Assembly (NCBI GenBank): GCA_048938025.1
Contig: JBHLMP010000031.1
Location: 1-45,850 of the forward strand
Direction of reading: 5' to 3'
Source of the DNA: Promethearchaeota archaeon
GTDB lineage: Archaea > Asgardarchaeota > Lokiarchaeia > Sigyniarchaeales > SOKP01
Length of the DNA: 45,850 bases
The notes under the pieces are model-generated. The model was not told where the DNA came from. It worked only from the letters and a program-made list of their open reading frames with translations, and did not search any database. Position 1 is the stretch's first letter, and each line of letters starts with the position of its first letter. Shown piece after piece: positions 19,383-28,316 of the stretch. The position numbers and the translations under genes were made by a program.

Positions 19383-20657
19383 TTACTTGTAGAGATCTTT
19401 TTCTAAAGAATAAGTTATTAAGATGAACATCCCTGAAATTCCAAATAATACAACTGAAGTCAATATTAGAAATTCTATCACTACAAAAGAATAGACTAAA
19501 TAGCTTATTGGAACAAATACAATTTGAGCCAAAGAGGTATAGGTCTGAAGAAATTGAAATTTACATGTTTTAAACTTCTCATTTTTAGAAATATCAGTAA
19601 TAAAAGAAGTATATGAGAAAATTGCCAAGCTTGCTGAAAAAGAAAGCCCAAAATTTATAATCAAAATCAACACGAAATTAGAAACTGTTAAGGAGCCCAT
19701 CAAAAGCATATATGAAATTATACCAATAAACATTAATTTTCTCTTATCATACTCCTTTCCATTATTACTTTTTTTAAGATCTAATTTATAGGCAAGAATA
19801 TTGCCTAAAAGTTGCCCGATTGGAAAAATCAATAATAAAAAACTATAGACTCTAAATGATGATTCTCCAAATTTATTTAAAATCCATGAACTAAAAAGAT
19901 AAAGGAATAATAAATCGGAACTTCCAAGAAAAAATGCAATATATATAATTAACATAATAGGATTTTTATTATTCATAGAATGCCTTTTACTAGATTCTTT
20001 TATACTAGAAGTATGGGAGAGTAGTTGTATTTTACTATTTAAAGCAACGCTTATTACAATAAAGATAATCATTACTGAAAAACACAGAAAAAAGAAAATA
20101 TGCCATAACGTCAACAATGATATTTTAACTATAATAACTTGAAAAAGTATTGATGTTGTTAGATAAGCTGTAATTGTAGTGATTCTGAGAATTAAAATAA
20201 TAGTTTGTTTAACAGAGGAAAATTCTTGAGAAATCCGTAAATAAAGATTACTCATTACGGTTCTGATTAAGAAAATTGAAAAAAGTGAAAGAAAAGTAAA
20301 TAATCCGAATAAATATAGTGATTCCTTATAAAAAATAAATATTAAAATACTTCCACACAAAATTAGACAACAAATATTGAATAAAAGTTTACTTTGAACT
20401 TCCTTTGTAAAATATCTATCATAAAAATAGCCAAATAAAGGAGATATGAATAAGGGTAAGTATGGGAATATTTGTACTAAAGCTAATTCTTTAGGATCTA
20501 CTTTTAAAACATCTAAATAAAATAAAGGGATAAAATAGAGAAAAATTACTTGAAACATGGTAATAACAAAATATATAAGAAAGAAGCTAAGAAAGATTTT
20601 CTTTTTGTGTAAATTCATACTATTTCCCTTTCCCTTATTATTAATTTTAATTTTCAA
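19383..20657 (-). CDS. MFS-like membrane transporter
   Basis: About 12 hydrophobic segments and a PLFGYFYDRY motif-A-like sequence; start may be the downstream ATG (MNLHK). Confidence 0.7.
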   Translation of the reverse strand: MKIKINNKGKGNSMNLHKKKIFLSFFLIYFVITMFQVIFLYFIPLFYLDVLKVDPKELALVQIFPYLPLFISPLFGYFYDRYFTKEVQSKLLFNICCLILCGSILIFIFYKESLYLFGLFTFLSLFSIFLIRTVMSNLYLRISQEFSSVKQTIILILRITTITAYLTTSILFQVIIVKISLLTLWHIFFFLCFSVMIIFIVISVALNSKIQLLSHTSSIKESSKRHSMNNKNPIMLIIYIAFFLGSSDLLFLYLFSSWILNKFGESSFRVYSFLLLIFPIGQLLGNILAYKLDLKKSNNGKEYDKRKLMFIGIISYMLLMGSLTVSNFVLILIINFGLSFSASLAIFSYTSFITDISKNEKFKTCKFQFLQTYTSLAQIVFVPISYLVYSFVVIEFLILTSVVLFGISGMFILITYSLEKDLYK

Positions 20658-20836
20658 CTGACTATTATAAAGCTCAATTTTTATTTAGAATTGAATATTG
20701 CTTTATATTATAGAAAATTATAAACACCATTATAAAATATAAGATATAAAATTCGAGAACGAATCTTATAGTCAATTTAGGGAACTGTTTCTCCTTGAAA
20801 ATTCATTATAGTAAACCTCCTCACCGTTAACCGATG

Positions 20837-20856
20837 TGTAGATAACCTTATCTACA
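20837..20856. promoter_or_regulatory. Perfect palindrome (candidate operator or hairpin)
   Basis: tgtagataa-cc-ttatctaca in the intergenic region. Confidence 0.5.
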
Positions 20857-20967
20857 ATAACATATTTCTAGATTTATTTTTAAAGTGAACGAAAAAAAAG
20901 TACTTTAACCAATTTGTGCTTATATATAAATGTAAAAAATAGAAAAAAGGAATTAACTTAGATTTAA

Positions 20968-22260
20968 TTAATTACGTTTGCTTCTAGGGGGCTTAATAAG
21001 AAATGCTAAAATTGCTGCACCAATAGACATCATTCCCATGAGAATAAAAAGAATCAAATAGCTTCCGAATACTGATACAAACGCATTCACCATAGTTGCT
21101 CCTATAAATCCAGCAATTCCATAGGCAGTAAATACTATTCCATAGTTAGGCCCTAAATTTTTAGTGCCAAATAAATCAGCAGTTGCCGTTGGAAACAATG
21201 AAAAATTACCTCCAAAGCAAAAATAAATAGCACATGTCATTATTAGAAAATATACAACATTCTCGTTTGTTGTAAAATATAAAGACATTAAAATCGCTTG
21301 AGTTGTAAACATAATGAACATTGCTTTCTTATAGGTAATTAAATCAGCTAATTGTCCCCATATGATTCTCCCAGCTCCATTAAATAAGGCAGCTAAACTG
21401 CCAATTAATACAAAATCAGCAGTTCCAATAACATAAATTAGATCCCCTCCCGAATTTTCTGATTTAGCAAAAGCAGCATATGATCCAATAACCATTAACC
21501 CTGATATTGCACTCAATACAAATGTTGCCCATAACATCCAAAATTGAGGTAATTTAACTGTTTTGCTCCTTTCAAACTCAATTCCAGAAATTCCACTTTC
21601 TTCTGAAGGCGCAGGAGGGTCCCAACCTTCTGGTTTCCAACCTTCAGGAGGGTTACTTAAATTCATTGCGCCACCTATAATTAATACTAAATAAATTATT
21701 CCTAATACAATAAACATAATTGGAATATTTTTTGATATTTCAGAAACGAAATCTAAATCAGTTGTTTCCAAATTCTTAGGATTTGCCAAAGCTTTAATAA
21801 CGTAATTAAATATAAAGGAACCAGCTCCAAATCCCGCAACAGCAATTCCATTAATTAATCCTTTTTTATCTGGAAACCATTTATTTGCTGATGCAATTGG
21901 ACAAACATATCCAAATCCTATACCTGCTCCAAATATAATACCATAAGTAATAAATAATCCAATAAATGTATTCATTGCCGCTGATGTTATAACACCAATT
22001 CCAATTAAAATACCTCCAAGGATTGCTATTTTTTTAGGACCATATTTCTGTTGTAACTGTCCAGCAAAAATCATAGTAATTGCAAAAGATAATAAACCAA
22101 TTCCGAAAACAAAGACAGTTAATTCCCTTGCTTCATGTAAGTAAGGGCTAACAAAGATAGTAAGAGTACCCCATGAGTAGATCGTCCCCAGAGCTAATTG
22201 GATAAGGATAGCACCTAGTACAATAATCCATCGATTCCTGACTTTTTCTTCTGTAATCAT
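20968..22260 (-). CDS. OFA (oxalate/formate antiporter) family MFS transporter
   Basis: GTIYSW, KWFPDKKGLINGIAVAGFGAG, NGAGRIIWG, FGTKNLGPNYG. Confidence 0.9.
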   Translation of the reverse strand: MITEEKVRNRWIIVLGAILIQLALGTIYSWGTLTIFVSPYLHEARELTVFVFGIGLLSFAITMIFAGQLQQKYGPKKIAILGGILIGIGVITSAAMNTFIGLFITYGIIFGAGIGFGYVCPIASANKWFPDKKGLINGIAVAGFGAGSFIFNYVIKALANPKNLETTDLDFVSEISKNIPIMFIVLGIIYLVLIIGGAMNLSNPPEGWKPEGWDPPAPSEESGISGIEFERSKTVKLPQFWMLWATFVLSAISGLMVIGSYAAFAKSENSGGDLIYVIGTADFVLIGSLAALFNGAGRIIWGQLADLITYKKAMFIMFTTQAILMSLYFTTNENVVYFLIMTCAIYFCFGGNFSLFPTATADLFGTKNLGPNYGIVFTAYGIAGFIGATMVNAFVSVFGSYLILFILMGMMSIGAAILAFLIKPPRSKRN

Positions 22261-22468
22261 TGTTTTATACCTAAATAATTTGTGTGTGAAAATTCTTTGA
22301 AGATTAAAAATTTTTTATTAATATTTTATTAATACTGAAACAAAGACTTTTTCAAAATTAAAGACAATTACTTTTTACTCTTTTGTATGATTAATCCAAA
22401 AAAAATTAATATTAATTAATGCTAAAATCTAATAATTTAACAACCAAACTATTGTTTATGGAACTAAA

Positions 22469-24160
22469 ATGAATCGCTTTGAAATTTCGAAAAAATATTT
22501 AATTTTGATTTCCCTTTTTTTATTAATATTCATTGTAGGAACAATATTAATCCTTATAATTCCGATAGGTATAAAAACTACTTATGGGCGAACCGTGAAG
22601 ACATCTGATGGTGAAATAATTTCATTTAATGTATTTGAGCCAAAAAAAGGTGGAACCAACAAGAAGGCTGTGATTATAGGACATGGTGTTATGTCGAATA
22701 AAGAGATGATGAAGGGTTATGCAATAGAATTAGCTGCTGCAGGATTTGTGGCTATACCTTTCGATTTCAGAGGACATGGGCAAAGTTCAGGTGAACTTAA
22801 GAGGGATAGGTTAATATATGATATACAAGCAATCATATCTTACGTAAATTCTAGAGTTGATATCAATTCAAGTGCTCTTGGGTATTTAGGATTCTCTATG
22901 GGTGGATTTCCAGGAATAGAGATTGTGAATCAATCAGCAAATTTTAAATGCTTTGTTGGAGCTGGAACAAGACTTCCAACTAATGTGAGAATAGGAAATT
23001 CTTCTGATCCATTGAATATTTTGATGATTGTAGGACGATATGATGAAGCGATTACGGTTAGAGAACTGAAAGAAGGGTTATCAGATCGAGTGGGTCTACC
23101 CTCTGCGGATATTGATGTAAATAAATTATACGGGAGTTTTCAAGATGGAAACGCTTCAATGATATATTTAGATGATACCAGTAATCACGTTTTAGGAATT
23201 TGGGATCCAGATTTCATTAGAGAAGCAAGAAATTTTGTAATGAATACATTTCCTGATGTAAAAGCAGTTGATGAGAACTTTTTTGTAAACATTAGATTTC
23301 TAATCCTTGGTCTCCAAATTATCGGAGGAGTTGGCTTTTTCTTTCTTATAATTCCCCCTCTATCTAAGTTCATATTAAATTCTAAACAAAAAGATAGAGT
23401 GATTATAGAAATAGAAAATGAATCAGTAAATAGCACCATTATAAAAACGATATTTTATAGTATTGTCCTTGGTATACCAGGTGTAATCATTTTCATTCCA
23501 ATCTTTATAATTTTACCTTTAGCTATAGCTGGATTTGTTTCAACACTTTTATTTGGTCAAATGTTTGGAATATTAATCTTACTATATAAACTGGGGAAAA
23601 AAGAAAATTTAACCTTATTAACTATCATTAAAAAGCCATTTATTTCTTCAAAAGAACAATTAGTTAAACAAATTTTATTAGGAGCAATTTTAGCGGTGAT
23701 TTTTTATTTAATCTTATATCTATCAATTGGATTAAATTATTTAGGTATGGTTCCAGCTCCTATGAAAACGTTTTGGGTGCCAATATACTTCATGATGTTC
23801 TTCTTCATAAATATTATATTTGGATTGTTATTTCACGGTGTCATACAAAATAAAGTCGGATCAGGTCGTCGAAACCTTATTAAAGTATCACTAATGATTT
23901 TTGGATTTCTCTTTTTAAATATATTTAGTTATTTATTTATCCTAGCTATTATTATGAAGAATTTCTTTTATTTTGGAACCTTTTTACCAGTTGCTATTCC
24001 AATTCTTTTATCAATTGCTTTCAGCTCAACGCTCATATACCAGAAATCAGGGAATGTTATTGCAGGTGCTATTGTAAGTTCTTTTTTCTTAACGCTAGTG
24101 ATTTGTACATTATCACCATACCAAAATGGATTAAGCTTTGTATTGGGATTTTTTCATTAA
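22469..24160 (+). CDS. Membrane-anchored alpha/beta hydrolase with multi-TM C-terminus
   Basis: GHG, DFRGHGQS, nucleophile elbow GFSMGG, C-terminal hydrophobic helices. Confidence 0.82.
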   Translation: MNRFEISKKYLILISLFLLIFIVGTILILIIPIGIKTTYGRTVKTSDGEIISFNVFEPKKGGTNKKAVIIGHGVMSNKEMMKGYAIELAAAGFVAIPFDFRGHGQSSGELKRDRLIYDIQAIISYVNSRVDINSSALGYLGFSMGGFPGIEIVNQSANFKCFVGAGTRLPTNVRIGNSSDPLNILMIVGRYDEAITVRELKEGLSDRVGLPSADIDVNKLYGSFQDGNASMIYLDDTSNHVLGIWDPDFIREARNFVMNTFPDVKAVDENFFVNIRFLILGLQIIGGVGFFFLIIPPLSKFILNSKQKDRVIIEIENESVNSTIIKTIFYSIVLGIPGVIIFIPIFIILPLAIAGFVSTLLFGQMFGILILLYKLGKKENLTLLTIIKKPFISSKEQLVKQILLGAILAVIFYLILYLSIGLNYLGMVPAPMKTFWVPIYFMMFFFINIIFGLLFHGVIQNKVGSGRRNLIKVSLMIFGFLFLNIFSYLFILAIIMKNFFYFGTFLPVAIPILLSIAFSSTLIYQKSGNVIAGAIVSSFFLTLVICTLSPYQNGLSFVLGFFH

Positions 24161-24312
24161 TTAATGAAAAAAAAAATGTTTTTTTTTTAAACTCTTTTTT
24201 TTTCATTTTAGGCTTAAAAATATAATAATCACTTTCTTACTAAATTATGTATTAATAAAATTTAAAATAATAACCGATAAAATTATTGACAAAAATTTAG
24301 ACCTTAATAAAA

Positions 24313-25350
24313 ATGTCTCAAGATCAAATATTATGTATTTCATATTTTGACAATGTAATAGGACCAAATACATTATATTGTAGCGAACCTCTATTAAAGT
24401 CAATAGAAACACCTGATTTAGGCAGAATTCTTGAATTTAATGAAGAACCAGGAACATTTATATTTGCTTATCGAAAATATCAGACTGTAAATCATATCTT
24501 TTATATTAATTCTAAATTGGCTCGAGGAGGTAAGGATCTTATGATGATCTCATACCTAGTTAAGACTGCTATTTTTAAAGATGAAATAGTGGATGTTTTC
24601 AAATATCTAGATTCGAAAGCACCTATATTGGAAGAATTTGCTTCTGAAATTAAAAAACTGAAAGAAATTTCTACATTATTACATTCTGAAAAAAGTGCAA
24701 TTTCAAGTGCGACTATCCTTGATCTAGCCAATGATACACTGAAAAAAGAATTTTTAAGAATTTTTAATAAATATTATAGTAAATTAACTCCAAGATTCCA
24801 ATTTGAACCTCCGTTAAAGGGTAAGCGAAAAATTAAAAAAATCTTTATATTTGGGGCTCCTAAAGTGGGAAAAACCACTTTTTTGAAAAATATTGAACTA
24901 ATTCAATTTTTGAATATAAAAAACGATGATATAATCACACGGATTCTTGAAGTTTTAATAGAGAATTTGGAAATTTTACATTACGATGAGGATAAAAAGG
25001 AATTTAAATGTAAACTTTTTGATAATTTTGATGACTGTATTAAAAATGCTCAAGGATTTATTGGATTAACAAATATTTCAGATAAAAAATCAATAGGAAA
25101 AACAAATAAGCTCTTTAATATCATTAAAGATAAGTGTATAGAATTAGAAAATGAAATGGCACCTGTTTTAATAATCGGAAATAAATTTGACAACCGAGAA
25201 AAGTACAATATGGAATATATTTTCCAAAAGTTTAATTTAGAAGATTTGAAACAAAAAGGTGTGAAAGTTAAATACCAACCACTAAATATAATGACCGATG
25301 ATGAGGAGGTCATGAAATCACTACGATGGCTAATAAAAAGTTTATTATAA
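24313..25350 (+). CDS. Longin/uDENN-like domain fused to a degenerate Ras-like small GTPase domain
   Basis: N-terminal ISYFDNVIGP (uDENN-like FDxxxGP); G1 GAPKVGKTT; G4 IGNKFD; no clear G3 DxxG. Confidence 0.7.
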   Translation: MSQDQILCISYFDNVIGPNTLYCSEPLLKSIETPDLGRILEFNEEPGTFIFAYRKYQTVNHIFYINSKLARGGKDLMMISYLVKTAIFKDEIVDVFKYLDSKAPILEEFASEIKKLKEISTLLHSEKSAISSATILDLANDTLKKEFLRIFNKYYSKLTPRFQFEPPLKGKRKIKKIFIFGAPKVGKTTFLKNIELIQFLNIKNDDIITRILEVLIENLEILHYDEDKKEFKCKLFDNFDDCIKNAQGFIGLTNISDKKSIGKTNKLFNIIKDKCIELENEMAPVLIIGNKFDNREKYNMEYIFQKFNLEDLKQKGVKVKYQPLNIMTDDEEVMKSLRWLIKSLL

Positions 25351-25483
25351 AATCTTATTCTAACAGTAATGAATTTTTCTATTTTAAAATCCAGAAATAA
25401 AGCCCTAACAAATCTTATAAATCATTAAGAATATAATAAATAAAAATAGATCGTTATTCATCGAATGAATAATAGTTAGAAAA

Positions 25484-25834
25484 ATGGCACTTAAAGGAAT
25501 TTTATGGAGTATCGTTTTTTTCCTTACAGCAGTTATATATAGTGCAATCCCTACATACTTAATTGTTAGATTCTGGGCATGGTTAAATACATTTCCAATA
25601 TATACCCTATCCCTACTGATGTTATTTTTATGGATTGTCAGTTTAATAGTAGTATTAATTTATATTGTTGCCATGATTCGAGCAATTATTCAGAGAAAGA
25701 ACGAAGAGGGTTTAGGTATTCCTAAAGGTGTAAAAGGTTTTGGATTAGTTTCCACAGCAATAGCACTGTTGTTTATGTTAGTTTGGTTTATCATTTTTAA
25801 TCAATTTGCTTTTTTTGTAATGACTCCTCCTTAA
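25484..25834 (+). CDS. Small 3-TM membrane protein
   Basis: Three hydrophobic segments. Confidence 0.75.
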   Translation: MALKGILWSIVFFLTAVIYSAIPTYLIVRFWAWLNTFPIYTLSLLMLFLWIVSLIVVLIYIVAMIRAIIQRKNEEGLGIPKGVKGFGLVSTAIALLFMLVWFIIFNQFAFFVMTPP

Positions 25835-25950
25835 TTTATTCTTTATATATAAAATCAGATTTTTATATAGCTTAAAAATTTAGAGGGTATTGCCCAAATT
25901 CACGAGTAGCTTCGACCATCCATCTTAAATTTTAAAATTATAAAAAATTT

Positions 25951-27165
25951 TCAATTCGTTAATATTTTTAGAAATCTGACAAAAATGGTAGGTCTTTTTA
26001 ATATAAATTTCATAAAGAAAGAAAAAAATGATGGATTTTTTATTAGTTTAATCAATAAGACTTTTGGAAAATCCATATCACCATATATGGAGATTAAATG
26101 TTCAATTTTACTAGTTTTAATAATTTGAAACAATTTTTCATAATCATAATTTGTAAATAATTCTAATACAGTTCTTATAAGATAATGAATCTTTAACTGT
26201 TTTCCTATAATAGATCGACAAGGTCTTTCATAAAACCTTTTAATAAAACTCCTTGAAAAGATCTTTGTTTTAAAACATTTTATGATACAATTTGCAGCAT
26301 ATTTAGCAGAGGTTAATAACATTATAATACCTCCCCCAGTAGTTGCTTTGACTTGACAAGCTGAATCTCCTAAGAGTAAGACATTGTCGAATGCTAATTT
26401 ATTCAATATACCATAAGGAATAATTCCACCTTGATGCTCAATTGCCTTTAAGAGGTCAATTTTTAACTTTTTCAAAAAGATATGAAAATTTTTAGCAACA
26501 TTTCTAGCAGACGCAACGCCTATACGGCAAATATTATTGAAACCCTCAGGAATAATCCATCCAAATAATTCTTTCCATCGAGGGTCAAAATACATTACAA
26601 CCTCATCAACTCTAAAATTTCCTTGAATCCGAATTTGAGTAGCATACAGTTTATTGTGCTTAAGGCCCATCAATTTTGAAATAGAAGATAGAGGTCCATC
26701 ACATCCAACTAAAATTTTAGCTGTTAATCTTCGTTTTGATGTTTCTACTAATATAAACTGTTTTTTTTCTTGGACTAAATATCTGTATTTAAATGATTTA
26801 AATTTCTCTTCAAGATAGTAAGTAATATTTGGATTATCTTTAACTTTCGAATAAAATAATAAGTCTAAAGCATGGCGATCTATGATATATGGTCTTTCAT
26901 TCCCTGATAGCCTTATAAATTTTCCAGAAGGAGCAACTAATTTAACTTTATCTACACGATTTAGTACAATTTCTTGAGGAAGCTCAATTAATTGAGATAA
27001 TTTTTGAGAAACTATACCAGCGCATTGGACAGGCAATCCAATTTCTTTATGTTCTTCAATAACAACTATTTTTAACTTTGTTTTAGATAATAGATAACAT
27101 AAATAATTACCTGCAATACTTCCTCCTATAATACAGACATCATAATTCTCGATATATCTATCCAT
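25951..27165 (-). CDS. Geranylgeranyl reductase family FAD oxidoreductase
   Basis: GGSIAG, PVQCAG, VGCDG, FGWIIP, LGDSACQVKATTGGGI. Confidence 0.88.
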   Translation of the reverse strand: MDRYIENYDVCIIGGSIAGNYLCYLLSKTKLKIVVIEEHKEIGLPVQCAGIVSQKLSQLIELPQEIVLNRVDKVKLVAPSGKFIRLSGNERPYIIDRHALDLLFYSKVKDNPNITYYLEEKFKSFKYRYLVQEKKQFILVETSKRRLTAKILVGCDGPLSSISKLMGLKHNKLYATQIRIQGNFRVDEVVMYFDPRWKELFGWIIPEGFNNICRIGVASARNVAKNFHIFLKKLKIDLLKAIEHQGGIIPYGILNKLAFDNVLLLGDSACQVKATTGGGIIMLLTSAKYAANCIIKCFKTKIFSRSFIKRFYERPCRSIIGKQLKIHYLIRTVLELFTNYDYEKLFQIIKTSKIEHLISIYGDMDFPKVLLIKLIKNPSFFSFFMKFILKRPTIFVRFLKILTN

Positions 27166-27218
27166 TATGAAAGATGAAAGTAAGTTAGCAATTAGAAGTT
27201 TTTGGGAAAAATATTTAA

Positions 27219-28214
27219 TTACTCTTTCCTATAACCTAGGTTCATCATCATGCCATAAACTATACCTAATACAATGCTATTAAAAACAGAGTTATGATCA
27301 GTAGTTAGATCTGTTCTTTCAGTTAAAATTGGCACTATTTTATTAACAATATATTTAGTATCGGGTTTTTCTTCATAGAATTCCATTATTAATTTTCTAA
27401 ATTTTTTCATAAAGGATTCATGTTCTAATACTATTTCTCTTATATTTTTTTCTCCATTAACGATTCCAAAATGACCAAAACCTGCTATTAAGGGTCGAAG
27501 TTTCTTAAGATTTTCAATTGAGTTCATATAGTCTTTATGATTGTAATATACTGGCATTGATACTGGCATCGTTACTAATTTCGTAGTGTGATACAATGTC
27601 CCTACAGCTTCTCCTAAAAATAGAAATTCAATTATATTATTCCTTATTAACATAGAAGATTGGTGGTCAGGAGTATGTCCTGGTGTTTTTAAAATTGCTA
27701 ATTTTATTTCTGATCCATTTTTATAAAATGTATCAACAATATCAAAATTAATTGGATCAGCATAAAAAATTGGATTTGGTTCTATGATTTTGAAAGCTTT
27801 ATCCTCGATTGGTTTCATATCACCAACAAGATTTCCATAAGTACGCCTTGCTCGATCTAAATGACTCTCATAGTTATTTAATAATTCTTTAGTCTGTTGA
27901 TTTGTAATAATTTTTATATCTTGATTATGTTTTTTTATCTCTTCATATAATTTCCATAAGCCACCATTATGATCAAAATGATGATGAGATGTAACAAGAT
28001 ACTTCATTGAAATTAAGGGAATTTTATGATTTTTAAGGTATCTTAGAGTTTTTTTAACATCTAATGATGAACCACAATCAAATAAGATTGAACTGTCATC
28101 GAATTCTCCAAGATACAGAGACAGCATTCGAGTTGTTCCATATGCTCTCACATCAATTTGATGAAGATAATCATTTACCTTTCCGGATGTGGTAGTGATT
28201 AATTCTTGAACCAT
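27219..28214 (-). CDS. Metallo-beta-lactamase fold hydrolase
   Basis: SHHHFDHNGG, TPGHTPDH, GHFG. Confidence 0.88.
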   Translation of the reverse strand: MVQELITTTSGKVNDYLHQIDVRAYGTTRMLSLYLGEFDDSSILFDCGSSLDVKKTLRYLKNHKIPLISMKYLVTSHHHFDHNGGLWKLYEEIKKHNQDIKIITNQQTKELLNNYESHLDRARRTYGNLVGDMKPIEDKAFKIIEPNPIFYADPINFDIVDTFYKNGSEIKLAILKTPGHTPDHQSSMLIRNNIIEFLFLGEAVGTLYHTTKLVTMPVSMPVYYNHKDYMNSIENLKKLRPLIAGFGHFGIVNGEKNIREIVLEHESFMKKFRKLIMEFYEEKPDTKYIVNKIVPILTERTDLTTDHNSVFNSIVLGIVYGMMMNLGYRKE

Positions 28215-28316
28215 AGAAAGTGTAATTAAAAATAGAATAAGAATGATTTTGTTATAAGCTAAAATTATATATTGACTAAGATAATAATAGTAAAAAAATT
28301 TTTTTAAAATATAGAT

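Noticed and set aside
20800-20830. Fluoride riboswitch-like GGTGA...TTACT on the minus strand
   Set aside because: Lacks the conserved AUG core and the 3' pseudoknot partner.
24163-24207. Inverted repeat aatgaaaaaaaaa...tttttttttcatt
   Set aside because: Mostly homopolymer; explained as ordinary terminator-type T/A tracts.
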